Assembly: GCA_951406725.2 (NCBI GenBank)
Contig: OX597822.1
Coordinates: forward strand, 69,564,001-69,628,000
Direction of reading: 5' to 3'
Length of the DNA: 64,000 nt
From: Octopus vulgaris
Lineage: Eukaryota
Each line of letters begins with the position of its first letter. Positions within the stretch are counted from its first letter, which is position 1. A model generated the notes under the pieces. The model made no database searches and was not told the DNA's origin. It saw nothing but the letters and a program-made list of their open reading frames with translations. This document shows, piece after piece, positions 55,182 to 64,000 of the stretch. The position numbers and the translations under genes are program-made.

Positions 55182-56756
55182 ATGCTCAAAATATCTGGTA
55201 GTGTCGCCTATAGCCTAGTCACCCGTATAGTTAATCAGGTGATACACAAAGGAGTCATACCCAATGACTGGTGTAGCAGCATAATAGTCAACTGCTACAA
55301 AGGTAAAGGTGACGCCCTAGAGACAAATAACTACAGAGGTATCAAGCTGTTGGATCAGGTGATGAAGGTTACGGAGAGGGTCATAGCCCAACTAATTAGA
55401 GAGAGAGTTAGTTTAGATGAGATGCAGTTTGGGTTTGTGCCAGGGAAAAGTACTACTGATGCTATATTCCTGGTAAGGCAACTGCAGGAGAAATACCTAG
55501 CCAAAGATAAGCCCCTGTACCTGGCTTTTGTTGACATGGAGAAAGCCTTCGACAGGGTCCCCCGATCCCTTATCTGGTGGTCAATGAGGAAACTAGGGAT
55601 AGATGAATGGTTAGTGAGAGCTGTGCGGGCAATGTATAGGGACGCTGTTAGTAAGGTGATGGTTGGCAACGAGTACAGTGAAGAATTCCGGGTAGAGGTA
55701 GGGGTCCACCAAGGCTCAGTCCTCAGCCTCCTCCTATTTATCATAGTCCTCCAGGCAATAACGGAGGAATTCAAGACAGGATGCCCTTGGGAGCTCCTCT
55801 ATGCTGACGATCTTGCTCTAATTGCTGAGCCGCTATCAGAACTGGAGGAGAAGTTTCAGGTGTGGAAACAAGGATTAGAATCGAAGGGCCTCAGAGTCAA
55901 TCTAGCTAAAACCAAAGTCGTAATCAGTAGGAAGGTAGACAAATCACAAACGCCTTCAGGTAGATGGCCCTGCTCGATCTGTAGAAAAGGTGTAGGTAGA
56001 AACTCTATAAGATGCACCAAGTGTAAGCTATGGACACATAAGAGGTGCAGCAATGTCAAAGGAAGGCTAACTAGGAAGATGGTTTTTGTATGTGGCAGAT
56101 GCTCAGGAACAATAAACACTGAAAATGCTCTGAGACCAACTTCCGTCACTTTCCAGGGAGAAAAACTAGAAATAGTTGATAGTTTCCGTTACCTAGGTGA
56201 CCAAGTCAGCAGCGGGGGCGGGTGTGCTGAAAGTGTAACTGCTAGAGTAAGAATAGCTTGGGCAAAGTTCAGAGAGCTCTTACCTCTGCTGGTGACAAAA
56301 GGCCTCTCGCACAGATGGAAAGGCAGACTGTATGATGCGTGTGTACGAACAGCCATGCTACATGGCAGTGAAACATGGGCCGTGACTGCTGAGGATATGC
56401 GTACGCTCGCAAGAAATGAAGCCAGTATGCTCCGATGGATGTGTAATGTCAGTACTCATACTCGGCAGAGTGTAAGTACCTTGAGAGAAAAGCTGGACCT
56501 AAGAAGCATCAGTTGTGGTGTGCAAGAGAGACGTTTGCGCTGGTATGGTCATGTGGCGAGAATGGATGAAGATAGTTGTGTGAAAAAGTGCCACACCCTA
56601 GCGGTTGAGGGAACCTGCGGAAGAGGCAGAATCAGGAAAACCTGGGACGAGGTGGTGAAGCACGACCTTCGAACTTTAGGTCTCACTGAGGAAATGACTA
56701 GAGACCGAGACCTCTGGAAGTGTGCTGTGCACGAGAAGACCCGGCAGGACAAGTGA
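55182..56756 (+). CDS. RTE reverse transcriptase (uninterrupted, 5'-truncated) with embedded C4HC3 PHD-like finger
   Basis: KGKGD..NYRGIKLL, QFGF.PG.STTDAIF, FVDMEKAFDRV, GVHQGSVLS, LLYADDL, FRYLG, RLRWYGHV.R. Confidence 0.88.
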   Translation: MLKISGSVAYSLVTRIVNQVIHKGVIPNDWCSSIIVNCYKGKGDALETNNYRGIKLLDQVMKVTERVIAQLIRERVSLDEMQFGFVPGKSTTDAIFLVRQLQEKYLAKDKPLYLAFVDMEKAFDRVPRSLIWWSMRKLGIDEWLVRAVRAMYRDAVSKVMVGNEYSEEFRVEVGVHQGSVLSLLLFIIVLQAITEEFKTGCPWELLYADDLALIAEPLSELEEKFQVWKQGLESKGLRVNLAKTKVVISRKVDKSQTPSGRWPCSICRKGVGRNSIRCTKCKLWTHKRCSNVKGRLTRKMVFVCGRCSGTINTENALRPTSVTFQGEKLEIVDSFRYLGDQVSSGGGCAESVTARVRIAWAKFRELLPLLVTKGLSHRWKGRLYDACVRTAMLHGSETWAVTAEDMRTLARNEASMLRWMCNVSTHTRQSVSTLREKLDLRSISCGVQERRLRWYGHVARMDEDSCVKKCHTLAVEGTCGRGRIRKTWDEVVKHDLRTLGLTEEMTRDRDLWKCAVHEKTRQDK

Positions 56757-57290
56757 GTCCATAACCCGTGGCCTTCTACATGGGATGGAGCCAGCCTACG
56801 TATGCATACCTTCCCTTCTTGGGACACAAAACTCTACTTGTGAAGACCTGTTGAGGCAAGTGAGGATCAGAATCGAAATCGATCAATGGAAATTGCAGAT
56901 GTGTTACCAGTGCCGGTGGCATGTAAGAGAACCTTCCGTTTCGCGACCGTTGCCAGCGCCGCCCCGACTGGCCTCGTGCCGGTGGCACGTAAAAAGCACC
57001 ATCCGTTCGTGTCCGTTGCCAGCCTCGCCTGGCCCTCGTGCCGGTGGCACATAAAAAGCACCATCCGTTCGTGGCCGTTTGCCAGCTCTGTCTGGCACCT
57101 GTGCGGGTGGCACGTAAAAAGCACCCACTACACTCACGGAGTGGTTGGCGTTAGGAAGGGCATCCAGCCGTAGAAACACTGCCAGATTTGACTGGGCCTG
57201 ATGAAGCCTTTCCCAGACCCCAGTAGAACCGTCCAACCCATGCTAGCATGGAAAACGGACACTAAACGATGATGATGATGATGATGATAT
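55182..57290 (+). mobile_element. 5'-truncated RTE-clade LINE with (GAT)n tail
   Basis: RT ORF, 3' UTR with tandem GTGCCGGTGGCAC hairpins, (GAT)n tail. Confidence 0.95.
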
Positions 57291-57393
57291 ATATATAATG
57301 TATTGTTCCATGATAGAGAGATCAACAAAAAAAGTATTCCCTCTGGTGAGAGACAAATATTATTTATCTAAAGGCCACAATACATGTATTAAA

Positions 57394-58062
57394 GCACTAC
57401 TAATAGTTTCATATGTTGAGAGAAGTCAAACATTATTCATGCGCAAACCACATATAGCAACTAAAGAAATTGAACTATAGAAGAGACACAAAAAAAACTG
57501 AGAAGGTGGCATATAGAAAATGCAGAAAGTAAACAATGGAAAACGAAAAATTTAAACTAAAATGTCAAGAATAAAAAGTAAAGCAATTTAGTTGGTTAGT
57601 CATGTATGGATTTTAAAAGATAACGAAACACTGCATGTGATTAAATGTAAAGTAATTCAGAAATCCATACCTTATGTGAATGGATCGAATAAATGTAGAC
57701 TTTAGTTTGCTGAAAGAGCGCAGACCCTGCTCAGATCTAAGATCCCTAACTCTCTATTGAACTCCAGGTCAGAAATTTTCAGTGGTTGCATGCATATGTA
57801 GAAATATATTCTGAAGAATTGGAAAATTCTGACTATTCCTGACTGACTTGATATCTTTCCAGCCTTATCATTTAAGGTCTAAGGAGGATAGCTCTTTTAC
57901 CTTCTTACCTTCTACTTTTTATATTTGACATTTTAGTTTCTGGTTTTCGTTTTCCGTTGTTTACTGTCTGTGTTTTTTATATGCTGCCTTCTCAGTTTTC
58001 TCGCGTTTCTTCTATTATTTAATTTCTTTAGTTAGTTATGATATCTGTTTTGCGCCTGAAGA
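57394..58062 (+). mobile_element. Penelope-like element: GIY-YIG C-terminus flanked by inverted pLTR copies
   Basis: 57592-57828 translates to LVSHVWILKD..IKCKVIQKSIPY.NGSNKCRL*FAER..LLNSRSEIFSGCMH. IR ~57440-57580 vs ~57912-58055. Decayed hammerhead at 57394-57444 (-) and truncated GCGC-CTGAAGA at 58052-58062. Confidence 0.8.
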
Positions 58063-58140
58063 AAAACACAAGCAAAAAACAATGAGAGGATGTGGTACAT
58101 GCAAAGTATTAAAAGATGCTCAGGAAAGGAAAGAAAGGTT

Positions 58141-58175
58141 GTTTTACGTTTCGAGCAAAGCTCTTCTTCAGAAAC
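58141..58175 (-). ncRNA. 35-nt minimal type I hammerhead ribozyme
   Basis: GTTT-CTGAAGA-A-GAGC-TTT-GCTC-GAAA-CG-TA-AAAC. Confidence 0.8.
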
Positions 58176-58441
58176 AGGAGACAGAGGAAAAAAATTGCCA
58201 ACAATCCACATTTTGAATATATATATATATATGTTTCGTTTTGTGATTTGGTTTACAAGATTCTTTATGTGAGTTCGTGTGTTGAAGCATATTCTGTTGT
58301 GTCTGGGGAGAGCCATTTTCTTTTTGTGCCTTATAATTTAGCACACTCACTGGTAAAATTTCCACTTATTTCTTATTTTTATTTTCTTACTCCCCAGACA
58401 CAACAGTATATATATATATATATATAGATATATAGATATAT

Positions 58442-58514
<73 letters not shown>

Positions 58515-58603
58515 TATATACATATATATATATACATATAGATATATATATACATACATATATATATACATATAGATATATATATACATACATATATATA
58601 TAC

Positions 58604-58663
<60 letters not shown>

Positions 58664-59249
58664 GTATATATATATTTATATGTATGCATATATATACATA
58701 TATATATATATTTATATGTATATATATATTTATATGTATACATATATATACATATATATATATATTTATATGTATATATATATTTATATGTATACATATA
58801 TATACATATATATATATATTTATATGTATATATATGTATATATATATACATATATATATGTATATATATATATTATTATATTATATTATATATATTATAT
58901 GTTATCAAATGGATGTCATATAAGACTATTCCACACATACAGTAACAGTCATATTAACAATCCAACATACCTCCATCATCAGCTGCTCCACAGATATCAC
59001 TATGGTTTCGACACTTGTGCAGTACCATTCGATCCAGCGGTGTCAACAGCACTAAAATAAGTGTTGTTTGGGAACAAACGTATATATTTATTCATAAATG
59101 CACTCACACACATATTTATCCACATATGCACACACACACATATTTATCCACATATGCACACACACACACATGTAATTTGATATATAAATTGATAGTGTAT
59201 GATAGTATGTTTGTGTATGTGCGTGTGCGTGTGTGTATATATGTTTATG

Positions 59250-59552
59250 GTGAAGGCGCAAGGCCTAGTAATTAAGGAATTGCACTCACAATCGCTAGAC
59301 CATGGGTTCAATTCCTCGACGGGGCGGTGCATTGTGTTCTTGAATAAAACACTTCAATTCACATTTCTTCAGTCCACTCAGCCATAAATGGTTAACCCTG
59401 TAATATACTAGCTTCCCGATCAGGGGGAATGTTGTCCTGCTTGCCTAACCAGTGGGGTGATATCACTAGAAGGCTAAAACAATGTAAAGGGCATTGTGAC
59501 CAGCAATGTATAACGACAGCTGATAGTCTGGTCGATCACATGATCACGTGAT
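59250..59552 (+). mobile_element. SINE head C + tail 3 (diverged)
   Basis: Tail matches 12660-12771. Confidence 0.75.
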
Positions 59553-59579
59553 ATATTTATATACTCAACTTCGATAAAG

Positions 59580-60400
59580 AGGTTATGCTTGAGCTACCAT
59601 ACACTCTTCCCTTGGGTGTTAATCCTTGTGGCATCAAACACTGATAGGGACCTTGAAGTAATTTGTCAACAACAACTTAAGAAGCTGGAGTGCCTATATG
59701 AACAGCAAATTCGACACGGATCCTCAGCACTTTCCAGTCATGGGACACTCTTATTATTGCCCTTCTCTTCGCAGCTTTCTCCCGTATTCACCTTGAATAC
59801 TGTTGTGTGCTGTGGTATCTCTACACCAAACAAAATATTATAAAAACTGAAGCACCCCAGAGATCAATCACAAAATAATAGACATAACAGGTCTTAATTA
59901 CTGCAATCAGCTCAAAGTGCTCAAACTTTATTCCCTCCAACACCACCGTCAGCACTATATCATTTGTATGATGTGGAAACTATTCCAACGGCATTGCCCA
60001 AATAATGCTGACATCAGCTTTAAAATCCATCCAAGATTTGGCTCCCATGCTATCCGTCCTCTACAAAAATTACGCTTGCATCACATCACAACACAAGGAT
60101 AGAACAGTTTCCCTTCAAGCAGCCTTGCTCTCTTTAACATCGTGCCAAGATATGTGAGAGATGAAAAAGATCTCATAACATTCAAACGGTTCCTAAATGA
60201 ATATCTTCAACAAATTCCAGATAAGCAACCTACACTTAGATATATCTCCACAGTCAATAACTCTTTTACTCGAATGGACTATGGTGTCACAAGAATAACT
60301 GCAATATGAAGCATCATGAAATGTTTTTTCCAGGTAGTTCTATTCAGTTTGTCATGGCTTAGGCCAATACTGGCCGTAACTTATCTCAGTATATACCAGG
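59580..60400 (+). mobile_element. Old CR1/L2-group LINE 3' part
   Basis: LKVLKLYSLQHHRQHYIICMMWKLFQRHCPN resembles [21 protein letters not shown] of the younger copies. Confidence 0.65.
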
Positions 60401-60804
60401 TAGTAGTAGTAGTAGTAGTAAAATAAGGCATGCACTGTTACAGTGCATTGCTGCATCCACCATTTATTGGTGGTTCCAGCCTGCACCACTCAGATGACAA
60501 ACCTCCGACCCATGGGTCTGTTGCTGGTGAGGGGGATTTACGAAGTCGGAATGTACATACATACATACATACATGCCGCCCGGTCTGGGAATCGAACTCA
60601 CTACCACATGATTGTTAGCCTCTGTATATTAATTTACTTCTCCAGTGGAGCTTATCCATCTGAAATCGTTGAATAACATAACTACTAAAGGAAAACATTC
60701 TGCTCTATTTAAATCTTCAGCCAGGAGCTTATTAAATAAGTTTCTCCAGTTTGATTTGTTCTTTACTTTTGTACGCTGTATAAACTACTAATATGTACTC
60801 TTTA

Positions 60805-61110
60805 CGCTTTACTCTTTTACTTGTTTCAGTCATTCGACTGTGGCCATACTGGAGCACCACCTTTAGTCAAGCAAATCGACTGCAGGACTTATTCTTTGTC
60901 AGCCTAGTACTTATTCTATCGGTCTCTTTCGCCGAACTACTACGTTACGGGGATGTAAACACACCAGCATCGGCTGTTAAGCGATGTTGGGGGGACAAAC
61001 ACAGACACACAAACACACACACATATATATATATATATACACATACATATATACGACAGGCTTCATTCAGTTTCCATCTACCAAATCCACTCACAAGGCT
61101 TTGGTCAGGC
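60805..61110 (-). mobile_element. SINE family A, 5'-truncated
   Basis: Family A tail and body. Confidence 0.82.
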
Positions 61111-61431
61111 ACACACGCACACACTCAGTTACTGCCACACACACACACACCCACACACCCACACACAGATACCAACCATTCTTCACATTCTCCTGTCCCG
61201 GAAAGCACATTTTCTTTGTCAATCTACTTCCAGTCATTTCAAGAATATAACTACACATGGAATGTTGGTGATTTTTTTCCTCCTTCTTCCTTTTATTTTG
61301 AACTTTCCTTTACCTCCTGTTTCCATTTTTTTAATCAATCATGTGTGTGTGTGTCTGTGTGTCTGTGTGCGTGTGTCTGTGTGCGTGTGTCTGTGTGCGT
61401 GTGTCTGTGTGCGTGTGTGTGTGTGTATATA

Positions 61432-61997
61432 TGATGAGGTGGTCAAGCATGATTTTCGAACATTGGGCCTCACAGAGGCAATGACAAAAGACCACTACAT
61501 CTGGAGATATGCTGTGACTGCAAAGACCTGACAAATGAAGTGAGTTCATGGCTCACAGGATGGCCTGTTGTGCTTACCTTGGATTGTAGGGTGACCTGCT
61601 GTGCTTGAGGAGACCTATTGAGTCAAGTACATCAGCATCAAAATAAAAATCAAATGGAAATTGTAGTTGTGATACCCATGCCTTTGCCACATAAAAAGCA
61701 CCATCCAAGCGTGGCCAATGCCAGCGCTGCCTTGACTGCCATCCGTGCCAGTGGCATATAAAAAGCACCAACTGATCATAGCCATTTCCAGCCTCCTCTG
61801 GCCCCTGTGCCGGTGGCACGTAAAAAGCACCCACTACACTCATGGAGTGGTTAACGTTAGGAAGGGCATCCAGCTGTAGAAACACTGCCTGATCAGACTG
61901 GAGCCTGGTGCATCCTCCTGGCTTCTCAGACCCCAGTCAAACCTTCCAACCCATGCTAGCATGGAAAACGGACGTTAAACTATGATGATGGTGATGA
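61432..61997 (+). mobile_element. RTE 3' end copy
   Basis: DEVVKHDFRTLGLTEAMTKD plus 3' UTR similar to 56645-57290. Confidence 0.88.
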
Positions 61998-62384
61998 TAT
62001 ATGTGCATATATATATATATATTATATTCATGTATTGTGTAAGCACATATATATATTATATTCATGTATTGTGTAAGCACACACATATATATATGTGTGT
62101 GTGTGTGTGTGCATGTGTAGATATTTATATATAAATAAATATGCATATTCATGAGTATATATAGATATATATTTTATTTTATTTATTAATTCATAATAGA
62201 ATTTAAGGATAAAAATCATATTAATGATTTTTATCAGGTACTCAGCATGCTATCAAAATTTATAGGTAATTTATACATTAAATTAATAAAAATACATATG
62301 TATATAATTTTATTAAGCGAGCAAAGGCAAAAACGACTTCAGGTCGTTTTCACCCTTGCTCCCTTAATATAATTATATACATAT

Positions 62385-62945
62385 CATCATCATCATCATC
62401 GTCGTCATCGTTTAACATCCGCTTTCCATGCTAGCATGGGTTGGACGATTTGACTGAGGTCTGGTGAACCAGATGGCTGCACTAGACTCCGATCTGATCT
62501 GGCAGAGTTTCTACAGCTGGATGCCCTTCCAAACGCCAACCACTCCGAGAGTATGGTAGGTGCTTTTACGTGCCACCGGCACGAGGGCCAGTCAGGTGGT
62601 ACTGGCAGCGGCCATGCTCAAATGGTGCTTTTTATGTTCCACCTGCACAGGATCCAGTCCAGTGGCACTGGCAACGACCTTGCTTGAATGTTTTTTCACG
62701 TGCTACCAGCGCAAGTGCCAGTAAGGTGATGCAGGTAATGATCATGCTCAAGTGGTGCTTTTTACATGCCATCAGCACAGAGGTCAGCTTGTTGCTCCGG
62801 CAACAATTACGCTCGTATGGTACTCTTAGCGCTCCACTAGCACGGATGCCAGTCATCAAATTTGATTTTGATTTCGATTTCACTTGCCACAACAGGTCTT
62901 TGCAAGCAGAGTTTAGTGTCCAATAAATGAAAGGTACGCATAAGT
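62385..62945 (-). mobile_element. RTE 3' UTR copy
   Basis: (CAT)n and TTTCCATGCTAGCATGGGTTGGACG, reverse complement of the RTE tail. Confidence 0.85.
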
Positions 62946-62973
62946 ACATATGTATATTATTATTAATTTAATG

Positions 62974-63006
<33 letters not shown>

Positions 63007-63143
63007 ATTAGGGCTTAGTAAAATAAATTACTTTGCCACATACTGAATTTGCTAGAAATTGTTGATAGTTATTTCGATCTTGGAAGGATGGACTTGGTGA
63101 TAACTTAACTGTATCTATTTTTATTATTTTTTATTATTATTAC

Positions 63144-63183
<40 letters not shown>

Positions 63184-63527
63184 AGTAATTTTTATTAACT
63201 TTTATAGCTTTAGAATTTTATGAACTGTACCACGGATTTAATTATTATTATTTTTCATCTCCATATGTGTTAGCCCCTTTTTTTATAAAAAAAACTATTA
63301 GCTAAATATGTATGATATCGGTACTTATTAATATTATATATACACTGTTATATATTTTGTTTTATTTTGTTCTGGTTACCTTCCTTTTTGTACAAATATG
63401 TATTATATTATACAAGTGTAGCATTATGATGTATAAGTTTTTATATTTTACTTTTTTTTATATTTTTATATTTATATGTATATGATTATATAATATTTTT
63501 CACTATTATAACAAATTTAATTTAATT

Positions 63528-63635
63528 CTCTGAAGAGGCCGTGGGGCATCTTTGTTAATGCCTCATTTATACCTGCCTTTATGGCTTATAGGTTAAATGG
63601 GGTATGACTGTCCTCACTGCCGAAACAGCTGTCAG
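63528..63635 (+). ncRNA. Hammerhead ribozyme with ~85-nt stem II
   Basis: CT-CTGAAGA-GGC..long hairpin..GCC-GAAA-CAGCTG-TC-AG. Core intact, stem I only 2 bp. Confidence 0.72.
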
Positions 63636-63856
63636 TTTTGATTTATTTGCATATTGTATTTGTAATTTTTTACTTATATCTCTTTATCTTTTTACTTTTA
63701 CTTTTACTTTTACTTTTACTATTACTGTATATCTCATTTCATTTTATATATTGCCTTTACTCCTATGTAATGGTGTATTAAAGTATGGATTGAGTATCAT
63801 CGGATAGTTGATGCTTTATTGATTTAAGTATGTTTCTCCATTCTCTAATTTTGTAG

Positions 63857-63901
<45 letters not shown>

Positions 63902-64000
63902 TAAAAACGGTAAGATAACAAAAGAAAGAAAGAGATCTCAATATTATGTAAATATAGGAAATAGAAATGGCCAGATAACCGAAGAGATGGTGTTGTGGAT

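Overview
AT-rich, microsatellite-dense eukaryotic DNA. The SINE families and (TA)n/(CA)n/(TACA)n load suggest a coleoid cephalopod, most likely Octopus (inference). Most of the window is transposon-derived: three tRNA-headed SINE groups, CR1/L2-group LINEs, RTE LINEs (one long RT ORF with a PHD finger inserted), a HERO-like restriction-endonuclease fragment, mariner, maT (DD37D) and rosa (DD41D) relics, Helitron/Helentron pieces, foldback MITEs, and a 1.6-kb pyrimidine-rich minisatellite inside a mariner TIR. The only credible host-gene signal is a 150-nt first coding exon at 35405-35554 (+). The most notable feature is about 11 complete or decayed type I hammerhead ribozymes from several families, nearly all with palindromic stem III, in Penelope-type inverted repeats. 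One is fused to a tRNA-derived Pol III head (33341-34461), suggesting a Penelope-dependent, ribozyme-tailed SINE. Most predicted ORFs are microsatellite artefacts. Repeat boundaries were read by eye and are approximate.
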